A stretch of DNA of 64,000 bases, from contig NC_135250.1 in NCBI RefSeq assembly GCF_964204865.1, forward strand, positions 6,014,001 through 6,078,000, in the 5' to 3' direction. Position 1 is the stretch's first letter, and each line of letters starts with the position of its first letter. Below are positions 27,306 to 40,727 of the stretch, in pieces. The position numbers were made by a program, and so were the translations under genes. This DNA comes from Styela clava (Eukaryota). The notes below the pieces were generated by a model that saw only the letters and a program-made list of their open reading frames with translations, was not told the DNA's origin and did not search any database.

Positions 27306-28453
27306 CTGAGAAATATAAATAAAATTTTCAAAGTACATCAATTGGGTATGCAATGCCGAACTGGAAAGGTTATGGTCTTTCCATAAATATTAGCTTCTTG
27401 CGCATCAGTTGATGCTAGTTGAGCACTGCTCAGAGTGAAAATGATTTATTAAAAAAATATTTTTTAGCTTGAAAAGTTTATACTTTTGGATAAGAATGCC
27501 TGTTAAATATGGACATTTTGCCATTTTACAATTTTCCTTTATAAAAATTTAACTTTAAAAAACTTTATAATTTATAATGTAACTTTATAAAACTTTAACA
27601 GAATTCGATGCGACTCTTATTTTGGTATTGAATGAAGGATAAGTACCGGTAGTTCAAACACTGTAAGTCCCAACACACATGGTTTTATTTGATATCCCAT
27701 GCACCTCACATGACTATAAAGCACAAGTTAAGCAATAAAAATAACTGCAATGCTATTCAACTATTCGAAAGTAAGACAATTCGGAAACCACCTAAAGCAG
27801 TCATGAATTCAACCATGAGGAGAGTATGTGAAGCAACTTGGTGTTGAAATTTTGTTTATTGTTTCCAATGAAATTCTGTCATCGACTACTTTTAACTTAG
27901 CAAACTCCTTACATTGAATACTGTATATATATCATATATCAAATCAGATATCAATATCAAATCTTGTGATTCAAATCTAGCAATGGGCGAATTGTATTAT
28001 TTAACGAATAAATCCACCGGTAATTCAGAATGTTTGTTTTCTTCATAACAATTAATAATAATAAATAACCTAATATTCAAATTGAAAAAAAAATCAATAT
28101 TAATTAGTTCTGGGCAGTGATGTCGGGTAAGTAACAATTGACTCTGACCCCCAAATTGAAAAATTTTTTGTCTCCGATTCAGACTCCCATTTCAGGGTTG
28201 TAAAAAACTCTCCAGCTGAGTCTGACTCCAGCTCTGAATACTGAGAAAATTGAACTATGTAAACAAAAACTTTGGCCTATACGGCAATCCTTCGATAGAC
28301 CGTAGGGAATGCTTAGATGTATCATTGCTTTTTAAATTTCAGTAGGAAGTTTTAAGTTATTTTATCACCATCGGATGTCTGTGCAATTTCGACTTTCAAC
28401 TCCAGGGAGTTTGCTAAACACTGATTATTATACTCAAAAATTATTCAACAAAC

Positions 28454-28742
28454 CTGGTACAAGTCCCGACGCACCAGAACAATACATTGGTATTCCAAGT
28501 GCAGCAGCATTTGCGCTTTGTGAAATCATGTTGGAAGATGTTTGTTGCAAAATAGGAAAATAAGGTGAAGAGGTGACAGGCAAACAGTTTGGTGGTGTCT
28601 GCGGCATCATACTGGTGCCGTAGTTGTTGACAGGAGAAGGTGACAGTGTATTGACAGTTGTTTGTTGACTTGTGGGAAAGTTGGAGGTTGACTTGACTAA
28701 TATATTAGGATGAAATATTCTTGTAGATGGAGATAGTCGTTC
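28454..28742 (-). CDS. Coding exon (ERLSPSTRIFHPNIL...ANAAALGIPMYCSGASGLVP)
   Basis: Acceptor ttttccttacag|GAA, donor CAG|gtttgt. 289 nt with no stop, phase 0 to 1. Confidence 0.88.
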
Positions 28743-28794
28743 CTGTAAGGAAAATGCAAGTGCAAATGAAAATTAAAAATTGCCATTGATTAAA

Positions 28795-28930
28795 ATTTTA
28801 TATTTATCCCAGGGAAAAGAGATTCAATAAGACAGCTACTGAATATGTAAAAGCACAGCCTCCCTCCTAATTACCAGTTCATGTTGAGCATGGTAATAGT
28901 CAATCAGTAATTTGTTTCAGATGCATGGAC
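28795..28930 (-). mobile_element. SINE/LINE 3'-tail family copy (diverged)
   Basis: tatttatcccaggg..ataagacagct..ttaccagt..tttgtttcagatgcatggac matches the 51146 and 31468 copies. Confidence 0.6.
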
Positions 28931-29975
28931 ACGATGGTGGAACGGCTGTAACCAACCAGCAGCTCTATTGTGACAGTAGTCCAGCAACCCATGTCATTAT
29001 GAAATAGCACAGTGAGCTTTTGCCATCTTAGCATTGGTTTACCATTGGTAGATTTGCATTCCTTTTTCCTACAATACTATATTTTTACTTCATGACTTGT
29101 AATACATTTGAGTATGCAACATCAAAACAGAAAGATTCATGACATGGCCCCGCTAAGCTATAGACATAGCTATAGCTAAGCAAAGTGTCAGCTTGTCCAG
29201 TGCTTTATTTAGAGTAAATACATATGCAAAAGAAAATTTCCAAAAAGAGTAGTTGTAAAAAGCCTAGAAGAAAAGATGCAAGAACAACTACCTAATTAAA
29301 ATCTAAAAATTAAATTTCCTGTTAAGTCTTGATACATTATACTCATAAATTAATATTAACAATAATAAATCATATTTCGATATGAACATAAACTCTTCTG
29401 ACATGCCATACCCAGATTTAAAAATGACTGAAATATTCAAGAGATTCATAGTAGCCAAAGCCGGAATCTTATGAATTTTACATTCTTACATAAAATAAAA
29501 ATTTGGGTTCTGGTTTTTATACCCTGATGAATGTGAGAAGTCATGAATTAGTACTAAGCCGGTTTTATTTTGTCTATGCCTATTCAGGCAGAAGATTAAT
29601 GAAAAATAAATTTACCAATATTCTTCTATTTTTACTTAGAAATTGCATTATTCACCATGTTTATTCGTTCAGTAAGATGACTAAGTTTGAAAATGTCAAA
29701 TCAATACGTCTGAGCTTCTTGAAGTTTTACAGGTTTCAGAATAATTATGATACCCAAACTTGGGATTCAAGATAATAATACACGTCAGAACAGGTGTCAG
29801 TAGATCATGAATAAAGGGCACAAGGTGTTTGTACCGCATAATAAATGCTCGAATCCCACGCATACCAAACGACTGAAATAAATTGGGTACGCAATACCGA
29901 ATTGTAAATATACAGTAACCTTTCAGATATCAGAGCTATGTTCTTAGTAAAAAAAGTGTAAAAACATTGTATATT

Positions 29976-30359
29976 CAGGAGAGCAGGGCTCAAATATTAT
30001 GGACAGGAAGGACAAAACAAACCGGTTTCAAATCTTTCACAGCACCGGTATCTGCATTCTGCCGTCTATGTAACAAAAAACTTCAGACTTGCGATCGCGA
30101 TACCCCCACACTGTGCCCAACTTTTACGACGCCATTAGCATTACACAAAACTTCAAAGTAAAAAAGAAACTCATAGAGCCCACAAAAAGTTTAGAAGTAA
30201 ATGAAAGTAGCAGTATTCTAACGACAACAACAATCTTCAACCACTAAAAATTTCGAAGCAATTTATCCAGTAATTAAATGGAAAAGTGATTCTTTTACAA
30301 TAACAAAAGTACTAGCAACAACATAATACCAAAACAATCCATAGGTCCACTTCATGTCC
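29976..30359 (-). mobile_element. Diverged full-length HINE family-A copy in an intron
   Basis: Plus strand caggagagcagggctcaaatattatggaca ... tcttcaaccactaaaaatttcgaagcaatttatccagta ... gtccacttcatgtccaa matches both ends and the core of the 60854-61649 units. Confidence 0.75.
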
Positions 30360-30421
30360 AAGAATAAGGCAGCATAAAAACACTTATGAATAAACAGAAA
30401 AATTCTGCATAAAATACTTAC

Positions 30422-30493
30422 TTGAACTTTGCTTGACTCTTGTTGTTGTAGAATAGTAATAGCGGCCTCCTGCCCCGGTGAGAGTTGACTCAT
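30422..30493 (-). CDS. Coding exon with probable start ATG of an uncharacterised S/P/T/Q/H-rich protein (MSQLSPGQEAAITILQQQESSKVQ)
   Basis: ATG at 30493 lies 1 nt after the acceptor aatag|A. Donor CAA|gtaagt is phase 0 and in frame with exon 28454-28742. Confidence 0.8.
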
Positions 30494-31467
30494 TCTATTC
30501 TATTTTACACCATTAGTTCACAATTTATTTTTACATATACACTGAAATAGATTGATAAAGAGTTAGATACCCGGACTAATAACAGGACAAAAGGTCGCTA
30601 TATGATTATTAAGCCATATTGTGAAAATTCAATTCTCTTTAATGAAGTATGAAAACCCTATACTCAATAACAACAAATATTTTCTGTTAGTAAGGTTTGA
30701 ATTTTAGTCCATAAAATAGAAACCAATTCTGTGTAATGATGGATGTCTAGCTATTCAGATATTGGAAAAAGTTCTTTCAAACTGCAAGATCAAATTAAAT
30801 ATTGACACCTTCTTATCGGTGAATCACTCTCCTTTCATTTAAAACCAGATATCAATCACTAGACACATAGACTTTTCATGTACGACTTGTTGACATATCT
30901 CCATATGCTTGCGTACGTACATCTGTAAAGTTCAAATGTATCCTCAAGAGAAAACATGGATTCCAATCAAAGTGTTGGTATGAAGCAAATCATTCGAGAA
31001 TGTTTGTGGAACAAGAGCCCAACATGTACGAACCATGAATGGGGATGATTCAATTCCTGATTTGCAAAATTGTTACGAAACCACAAACAGCGGAGAAAAT
31101 TTAATAAAGACCTGGAGTTCAATTTGGTGTAATGAGTGCTTCATTAAGTATGTTCAAAATTAAGTGAGGATTTTTAACCATCACAAAATGAAAAAAGTTG
31201 CTTGTGCATGGTCCGTTTCAGATTGAATAGGTGAGAAGGCGTCATATAAAATTAGATAATAGTTCACTTTGGCAATATTACCTCTTTGCAGTAGTTTGGC
31301 GTATTATGCATGAGACACTATTTACACTAAAAAAGTATACCAATTTCTATTTTTACATTTACATCCATACATTTGAAACAAAGAAATCCCATACCAAATG
31401 AAAAAATCTTGAAGCTAAAAGGTTTCATTGATGTTTAGACCTATACCAATATAGTCTTTATTATTAT

Positions 31468-31615
31468 TATAGGATTTTTCATTATCAAACAAGGAGAGAG
31501 GAAAGTTGATTAGGCACAATCATATGATGAACCACAACCTCTCTTCCTGTTACCAGTCCATGTCCGATTATGATTTAATAAACCCGATTATTTGTTTCAG
31601 ATGCATTGACTTGGG
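31468..31615 (-). mobile_element. SINE/LINE 3'-tail family copy (diverged)
   Basis: ataggattt..gagaggaaag..aaccacaacctctc..ttaccagtccatgtc..tttgtttcagatgcat. Confidence 0.6.
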
Positions 31616-32236
31616 CTCATATCCTATTCAACTAAAACTAGGTTTTCTCACAATAAAAAGTACTGCTCTGTCATAAGATTATCAGGTTCAAAATGTTTGA
31701 TTTGATTCTGTGTGAAAGAAAATAACCAGTCTAACTAATTCCAACCCCTAAATATCATTTCAAATATACAAAAGTAATAAAGTGATAATTATCTGTGTAA
31801 TGATCATGCAGGAAATTATAGTTAGGTCAGGTCACATTTGATACGAGAGAACAAATAATAACATGAAATGAGAATTGATTTTGGCATTATTAATAAAGTT
31901 CAGCTATATGGCAAATAATCGAAATTCAAATATAGGACTCGAATGGTAAATATATAAATTTAGATATTATACTCCAATGATCAAATAAAATTTATGTCTC
32001 TGCTTTGAATGAGCAACTTTTATATGCAGAGACCGGCTCTATTTGAAACAATTTATATCTTTACCTTAAAACACCACCTGCTTAATTTATTACAACGATA
32101 ATAAGATAAAGTGACAGGAATAGACTTAAGATCTTGCACCTGAAATGCCGACTTATGTAAGCTTATTATGATAACTATCACTGCCTCTGCCCTCTACAAA
32201 TAAAATGAAACTCTTCGGCATTATTGGACATTTTAT

Positions 32237-32441
32237 GGTGCTCCTGTAGTATGTGATCTCAAGATGGCGGACACCGTAATAATTTTATTCCAAATTTTCT
32301 TATTTTAGTTCTATTACTAGTTCGGGAACTAGCTATGTGACTCCCGTAGTATTTGTACCTGAAATTATGACCTAATCCATACCAGGTACACATACTACCT
32401 TCCAGTGTTCGCCATCTTGGTTCACATACTACGGGAGTACC
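32237..32441. mobile_element. Merlin-like MITE with near-perfect 8-bp TSD (CATTTTAT/CATTATAT)
   Basis: TIRs GGTGCTCCTGTAGTATGTGA..CAAGATGGCG / CGCCATCTTGGTTCACATACTACGGGAGTACC; body inverted relative to the 11055 copy. Confidence 0.8.
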
Positions 32442-32462
32442 CATTATATTGAGTAAGTATAC

Positions 32463-32516
32463 CTGCTAGTCCATTGAAAGAAATAATCTGAATGAATACC
32501 TAATTCGGTTCCTGAT
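32463..32516 (-). other. Candidate upstream exon (5' UTR or N-terminal extension SGTELGIHSDYFFQWTSR)
   Basis: Acceptor ttttttttag|ATC, donor CAG|gtatac. 54 nt, and in frame without a stop into the ATG exon. Confidence 0.55.
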
Positions 32517-33798
32517 CTAAAAAAAAACTATTATTCAAAGACTAACAAAATATTTCTATCCTTTGTTTTCTCTAACCAAAATATTTATGACACACATAGG
32601 TCATAGGTCAGATCACAGGAAAGAAGTTTCCAACCCACTAGATCACACTCTGAGGAAAAATATAGGGACGTAACTAAAATGTGAATCATATTTGACGAGA
32701 GATATCATTCACGCTTGACCTTAATTGTTATTAAATATGACACATAGGTCAGTTTGAATTTTGAAAAGCAAGAATCAAATAGAAATTGAAAAATATTAAT
32801 CTCAATGAATTCATATCTGGCATTAATTATCTGAATCCATATCTGGTATTATCAAGCATGCTTCATTACTATATAAAGGTTTTTACCAAAAGGTAATAAT
32901 ATTGGCATTACAAAGGTCAATCTTGACTCAAATACAAGATATTTGAACCAAAATGAGAATGTGGCTCAAGTGACCTGTAAAACATATACGTCAGAGCACA
33001 TCCACAATAAAAGTAACCTAATCGAAGGTTGATGGAAATAACCGAATAAATCAGGTTGATATGGCGCAAAATAAATTCATATATAAAGAGTAAAGTAGAA
33101 ATATCGTGAATAATTTATTTCTATAGCCCTGTCCTATTAGACTTGCTATTTGAGAAAAAATGAATGTGTATTTCCAACATTGCAACAGAAGACATGCCTA
33201 CAGGCACTTGGTGCAACAATGTATTCGGTAACCCAAAATTTTGCGGCGTAGACTGGGGAATAATTATAGTCAAATGTATGGTAACACAAGGAAATAACAG
33301 AAAATGTATTGAAACAGATTTTGCCCAAATAATTCCTTCAATGTAAAGGGCTCGGGCACATAAAGCAAAATCCCTGATAATAATAGTTGTTTAAACATTG
33401 CTTCAATAGATAGTTCAAGATGATAAAATTTGAGTGCATATATACAATACACACCACAATCATTACCTTATACACAAGCACTTAAGATAAACATCGTGAT
33501 GGCATTTAAACATATTATACATGTACATGGGAAATTTACAATTGATAAGAACAGTGGTGTAATATGCAGGTAAAAAGAAAATTTCAGATGAATAAAACTT
33601 TTAAATTTTCTGCACGCTTAATTCTAATCAGCATGTTCATCAATTCTGAACCGCTGTGAACTTTTTTCAAATATATCATAATCAATTCATTGTCAAGTCA
33701 AAAGATATGTTATAGGAGAATATAAGTCATTGTTGCATCTAACATTTCATTTCCTTGTCCTCATGAATTCTATTTTGCAGTATGCGAAAAAAAACTTA

Positions 33799-34135
33799 CC
33801 ATATATCCTCGCATATGAGACGAGTTTAAAACTCAAAAAAATGTTTCCTAACTAATGGGCCAACTCTGATCACACTAAAGGGTCGGCTTATACGTGCATA
33901 ACTCTGATCAACGAAATGACACGAAATTTATTGGATTTTGAGACACTTCTACTGTTACTCATAAATGAAAAACATACCAATAATGGTTATCGTTTTCATT
34001 AATCCTATTGTGCAACCATTTGCTGTGATAAGTGCATGCGGTGTGTTACGATTTGTAGGGTCAGCTTATATTCGAATTTTTTTTATAAATTCATTGTTCA
34101 AGGTCGTTTTTAGGGGGTCAGCTTATATGCGAGTG
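33799..34135. mobile_element. Degenerate TcMar/pogo-type MITE
   Basis: TA|CCATATATCCTCGCATATGAGACGA left end and three GGGTC(G/A)GCTTATA subterminal repeats, the last followed by TGCGAGT. Confidence 0.55.
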
Positions 34136-34430
34136 TCCCGAAAAGTGATTGGTTTACTGCCGCACATACTATACATAGAATGATTCAAAACCAGCATTCC
34201 TAAATTACAGATGAAGATTGTTACTAAGGGACAGATGGCACCAAAGTAAAAATTTGAATACACTCCAAATTTGTAAGCCATACTGTATAAATTGAAGTTC
34301 AAACACAATTATCCCAAGATGCAGGTTTTCTGTTTCTTTTCTGCTACAATCCCTGTTCATGATCATAGTCATGATCAGGTATGTCAATGTCAGACCAGAC
34401 GATAGCAAGAAACCAAACTATATCACATAC

Positions 34431-34455
34431 CCTTTGAACAGAAAATGAACCATGC
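34431..34455 (-). other. Candidate 25-nt upstream mini-exon containing an in-frame ATG (MVHFLFK)
   Basis: tgctgtag|GCATGGTTCATTTTCTGTTCAAAGG|gtatgt; its frame joins 32463-32516 and the main ORF. Confidence 0.4.
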
Positions 34456-35404
34456 CTACAGCAATGAAAATTCATCAAATTATGATCAATTGTAAATAAA
34501 ATACAAGCGGACAAAATTGCACTTTCATTTTCGGTCAATTTGACAATTTTAAGTAATTTGAACCTTTTTGCACAACTGATACTTTCCGATCTTAAAATTA
34601 GGCCAGTTTATACTGTAATATAATGCCTTGAACTCGAATAACAAAAAGATAGAATGAACTTAGATAAAGCAAAATTTTGAAAGAGTGGATGGTGTAAGTA
34701 GACCAGGGGTCGGCCAACTTTTGTCGCTCGCGGGCCAAAATTAAGGATTGTCGCACATATTTTCAGAAAGTTAAAAACCGAATGGATGGCCGATGAATCA
34801 CAATTTTTTCACACAGATCAGAAGTTAAAATTTAAAATTTTAAGCAGCGTGGGATCACCGTGATAACCTGGGTTTAAAACCTTCTATAGGCTGTGTCTCG
34901 GTAGACTAATCTGAATCCCAAAGATTGTGATCCTACCAAAACAATACTAGCTCTACACATATCAGTGCCGGATTGTGGAATGCCTCATGAAAAGCATGTA
35001 GCGTGTATGTGTGAATGGTCAAAAAAATCCATGTATGCAATTAGTCTAATGCAAATCTAAGTCATTTGTTCAGTATGGGAAGCAAATGAGATGGAGTTAC
35101 AATATCAAAATGTAATTTTAAATAATTGACAAAAAAAACGAAAACGATATTCCTAGTATAAACTTGTATCTCCCCAAAGGGGGAAGTAAGCCCCCAAATA
35201 CAGCTCATATGGCGAGTCACAGCAACTCATATTATTACCAGTCCGGGTTAATTAGGTATATAATGTTACTTTCTGGATGATATCTAAAAATAATGAAATT
35301 TTTTTTTATATTCAACTTAGGGAGATCGGTCTTAATCACATAATAAACTACGACCATATGTTTAACGGTACAGATAATCATTTCCAAATGATGAAAACGA
35401 TTAC

Positions 35405-35485
35405 CAGGCCTCTGTGAACCATCCATCAATGACAAAAAGTTCAGCAATGCACTGACCAGTGGTAACAAATAATTGAAATGGTTTT
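35405..35485 (-). other. Candidate upstream exon (81 nt)
   Basis: ttactgtag|AAAAC...GCCTG|gtaatc; open and in frame with the 25-nt mini-exon. Confidence 0.35.
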
Positions 35486-36799
35486 CTACAGTAATAATAT
35501 AAACTCAAATAACATTCTCAAATCATTTTATGAAATAAATGCCCTGTTTCAAGCTGTATTTGTAACCTGGGACAGCATTGCTATTTAAAATCCTACCTTA
35601 TTAAATACACTTGCAGTTGACTAATTTATTATTCAATTTGTGTCAATCAATGTACCTATTTTGCCTATGCTCACACCTTGTTTTATTTACAAAATTATGA
35701 TTAATTCCTTTACCATGGTATACTCTGCGGAATGGAATAAAAACCGAAAGCCATAAAAATAAACTCATAAGGTCAAATGAAAACAATGATTCAATAACTG
35801 CCCAAATATTGATCAGAGTATTGTATGTGAATTGTGTTAATTAATAGCAATTAGATAAATTCATGCAATAGATATCCGTAATAATGAGCGGAAATTATAT
35901 GAAAAATGAATATATGGCTATAAATTGAAAATATATGAAAATAAATATTCCAATCTTAGTTGGAACTTTATTGCAACAAATTTACTTTGTAAAAAGCAGA
36001 TAAATCATACTATTTACCTCGTCATATGGTATTAGAAAACTACACAGGACTATTGATTCAACAGAAAACAGCATAGTATATCTATGAACCTATGATTAAT
36101 GATCGGCAAAAGATGTTTTCTTTCTACATTGTAAACTATGGTTTGGAAATAACTAATCTAACTGCAACATAGGATATTTCTATCAATGAAGACTTCCCAT
36201 AACCTTTTAAACTAATTGCAAACTGCTACCGTCGTGTAGGCGTCATGCCATGAATTACATTCGGCCTGTAAGGTCAATATGTCAAATCTGCAACCGTTAG
36301 GCAGTATAAACATGCATCATAGGTAATTAAAAGTTCATCTCAAGAACATGAATATGAGTCTATGCATAATCCTATATTTCATGTTGCAGCTGTGCAAAAT
36401 GGTAAGAACCTTTGGACCCTGAGATTAGTCATATAAAGGATGAAATGTGTGATAGAAAAACCCGAGAATATAATTACGGGTACATTAGAAATATTAAGTA
36501 ATTGCATAAACAAAGAATGTCAATAGGAAATATAAATCAGAAAATGAGCACATAATTAAGAAATAGGGATGCATGTATGATCAGGATACAGGAACTTCAT
36601 TTAGATGGCCTTTTCAGTCTAGGGCCATCATGCAGACAGTGCGTTTGTTTTTAGGGACACAAGACAAAAATACTTCTGATCTAGAACAGTATTGAGTAGA
36701 AGTGCCAAAAACGAGTCATAAGTCAAGTCGAATCACTGGTCATCAGAGTCTTGAACCAAGATGATCACTGAATCAAGTCTCACTGGTGGTTTGTTGATG

Positions 36800-37260
36800 A
36801 GTCCACGTCATTTGGGGTCCGTGAAGCACTTTCGGAGGGTCCGCGAAAGAAATCTGTTATATGGCATATAGTTTGATAATAGAAATATTGAAGGCTTAAA
36901 TTTGCAAACACGCATTTGTCGCCTTGGCAACCACTGCTGGGGACACTGATTCCCCACTTTCTGTTTCGAACCCGATGCCCCATTGTGATGTCACAGAGCT
37001 GTGGGCCTGTGATATCACAGAGAGAGTTCAATTGATGCTATTACAAGCCGACTAACTGCAGAGGTATAGCTGACGCTGTCTTTTGGCACGTTTGTTGGCA
37101 AGCGTAGGTGGGGAAGAGGTGTTTTACACTATACCATACAACGCACTGATTTTTTGTTGTGATCTTCTAATGTTTCATTTTAGTGCACAAGGCCACAAAT
37201 CATTAAAAAAATTGCAAGGGGTCGTCATGGAATTTTTTTGTAAAAGTTTGGGAACCAATG
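36800..37260. mobile_element. Degenerate hAT (Charlie-like) remnant
   Basis: GGGGTCCG-type subterminal motifs and right end AAAGTTTGGGAACCAATG|ATCTAGAT; left end unclear. Confidence 0.45.
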
Positions 37261-37489
37261 ATCTAGATCAAGCTAGATCTGAACGTTGAACAAAAAATTC
37301 CGTAAAAAAAATTGAAAGATAAAAATGAGACCCGCCTATTGTAGGTAACATTATCACTTATATAAACAGTATTTTTTAAACACGACTCATTATGTGGGAA
37401 AAAGAAAAAAAAATTTAAAATTGCCAGGCAAGAGAAGCTGAATACCAGCTTAATAATATCATAATCTACCCTCAAGTTGAAACTGTGGG

Positions 37490-37650
37490 GATTAGATGGT
37501 TCAAATCCTGTGGGACAATATTACGTGTAAAAGGATTGTGGTCAAGAGTAGCTTCAGATTCAAGCATCTGAAAAATTTATCGGTAGGTATTATCCTAACC
37601 AATTCTGTGTGATGACCCACTGACCCCATCTGGCCTTACTTGCTCTGCCT
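37490..37650 (+). mobile_element. Degenerate SINE fragment with Pol III B-box
   Basis: GGTTCAAATCC B-box at about 37498; the rest is decayed. Confidence 0.35.
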
Positions 37651-39576
37651 TATGATTAAATAAGTATTCTTACAACTTTCCTCAACATAACAATCATTAT
37701 AGATATGTTTCCATAAACTAAAACAAGTACTAAAAATTAACATTATATGGATCAAATTCCAGAATGGTCAACTTACCGTAAATTCGATACTGTAGCATAA
37801 GTTAATTAATAGAATGGTAATCCAATATTCAGATTATATCAGTTTAATTCCAGACCCGTTCACCAAGAACATTATTAATATAAACTAACCACCAATTCAC
37901 TTAGCATAGCCGTGAACACAATATGACATGCTTTTTATTAACAAGGTCCTTGTCATTTGGTTGGCAGAAAACCAATATCAGACATTAGTACTATTACCGG
38001 TATTGGAAAGACATTAACAAATAATGACTCATAACCCAATAGGAAGATCTCTCCAACATAACTTGAGCCAACATTAAATATCAAAACAGATTTTATCAAA
38101 TTATACCGCTTCTTTAATCTTTTTCATATTTCATCAGAATCATATCAGATATTTTTAGTAACAGTTTTTATAATTGAGCCTGGGAACTTGAAATTGGTTT
38201 TATTTGTTGATGGCATGAAAGCTATCAAACCATCATCTTAATGTTCCTAAACCATGTTGTTTAAATTCGCTCGAGTTTTAGCCAGGGTTCTGGTAAGTAA
38301 TCAGAAAATCTAATACGTCAGATGATTCTATTCATGTAATTAAAATAGCATTTTGGTATGTTTGACATTAATAAGTCTTTATCTGTAAATCTTTACCTAT
38401 GGAATTTCCAGTTTTACATTATGGATCAGTTTTTTGGAGGAGATCGTTAATGTCATACACAGAATATTATTTTAAGAACGTATTAATATCTGATGACATT
38501 ACTGATGCTCATTAAACTAGTTATAAGTTGTTTCAATGTCTTTGTTTAAAATATTGCCTGTTTATTTGGTGTTAAAAGCTTGCTTACTGCATATTTCATT
38601 CAAATTTTACCTAAAAACTTCAATGTTGAGAACAAAAAATTTAAAAAATAATAGTCTGTTTCAAAATATTTTACTTTTGTCGTTTACTTAATAAAGAATG
38701 CTCCATATTATGATCCCATCTCAAACGATTTAATATAAAAATTTGATGAAAATTTGAAGGTAATCTATAGGGGCAATATGAATAGCCTATATTGTCATAA
38801 TTATATTTACAAAAATCAATACAAATTTTTTCAGGTAGATTACTGAACGATACTAAATTGGTATGTTAGCCACAAGCATACAGCATCGTTTTAACCACAG
38901 AGCCACCAAAAAAAAATTAAAAAGAATTTGAAAATATGATGATTGAGATTTAAGATAGAGGGATAAATTATGTGACTCAGAATATCCATGTTTCAATTAC
39001 ACATATATATCAAATGGGATGGGGAAGCATAGACTGTAAATTTACTAATTGTTAGTCATCTGCACTGTCACATTTACAGCATGACTATATCCAAAATCCA
39101 TAAATCATATAGTATAATGAAAATCCATCTTCTGAGTATGTCTATTCCTAACATTTGCTTAGTAAATTGACTACCTTAGCTAAAAAGGCATAGGCTATAT
39201 TTGTTTTACAGAGGCAGCGTCTGTTTACACTTATTCAAACACTAGTCAGATAAAACCCATACCGTACATTTCTTATATAACCAAGCATGGGTATCTGTGT
39301 GGAAATCTAATGAAGATTTATTACTTTCTATGGTCTGGTAGTGTACAGAGTAAATCAAAACATTTTATAAAAGTGTAATTTAAGCATGTACCAATGGTCA
39401 GCCTTGAAGAAAAAAAGAAAAAACAAAGAAAACAAATACTATAAGCATTACAGTACATGTAGAAAATCAAACATACAGTATATCAATTCGTTATTGGAAT
39501 TATATAGAACTACAAAAATACAACAGAAAATGATTGCTGCCAGTCAGTCCAGAAAATAGCCTACTAGAAGACACTA

Positions 39577-39648
39577 TAAACCTTAATCACTAAAAATTTG
39601 AAAGTGTTTGGTTTAAACCTTAATCACTACAAATTTGAAAGTGTGTGG
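39577..39648 (+). repeat. 37-bp tandem duplication
   Basis: taaaccttaatcacta(a/c)aaatttgaaagtgt(t/g)tgg occurs twice. Confidence 0.85.
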
Positions 39649-40727
39649 CCCAGTGGGTTTTAAAAAGTATTTAAAAAAAAATAATTTGTCTCACAACAAC
39701 AATCTAGCAACATCAAACATGGCTGGTAAAGCACCAACTCTAGAATAAATTGATGGTGATCTCTCTTTGGATATGTCAACGTTTCATAATGAAATCATGC
39801 TTCAAAATAACAATTGCACAATGTACACTAAGATATTAATTTAACCAATAATAGTAACCACAAGCAAACTCGGACAATGACTAGTACAAAACCCGAAAAA
39901 AATTGGCAGGTGATAAAAACGTAGCCTGTCCTATTCCAGTTTGAATCCTGTCAATGATTAACCAATTTCAACAAGAGTTCAGAGAAAGGATAAAGATAGC
40001 GTCAGAGTATTTCGGTAACATTTGCGTATTACATTGACTGGTAACTAGCCCATCTGGTCAACTTCATAATGTGGGTTATTTAATGGATACTATACAAAAA
40101 AGTGGGTAAAATTACCTTTTCATCAGTAATTTTATTGGAAAGAATGTAAGATAAATTTTAGTAACCCATTAAGTATATATATTTTTTATAAAAAATTTTT
40201 CAAAGCAAATTCATGTACACTCTCTTAAGGCGTCTAGTTTTTATCACCCTTTTCATGCTTCCCACCCCAGAAATAAAGGAATAGAGACAATTGGAACAAT
40301 CTCTTTCTAGATAGCAAGCAGTCTTTATTTTTTACTACACTGTTTCCAGAATTGGGCCCATGGTCAAATCATACTTAAGTATCAATATTGAGTAAAGCGT
40401 TATGCCAAAGATTGAAGGCAAATGCACCTTATCAATAAGGAAATGTCAAATCTTATTGCATTGAATCAATGATAAAAAATTATCTTTAGAATAGGCACAA
40501 TCTCTGTTGCCATGACAATAATTAGTTACAACCAAATAACTTCTTACTGATACCGGTATATTCACAAATAAATTTCAAACATTGAAAACTGTATTTTGTA
40601 AAAAAAATGTCTTATTCCGCAAACTATATCATGCCATTTTACAAAAGCACATTATGCATTAAATTTAAATGCCTTTCATTTCAATACAAAATATAATTAT
40701 AGCATTGTAAAATTTACATCTACCAAC

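Noticed and set aside
28454-28520. Muscleblind (MBNL) identity, from a vague likeness of SANAAALGIPMYCSGASGLVP to the MBNL linker
   Set aside because: No CCCH zinc-finger exons were found and the similarity is low-complexity, so no gene symbol is assigned.
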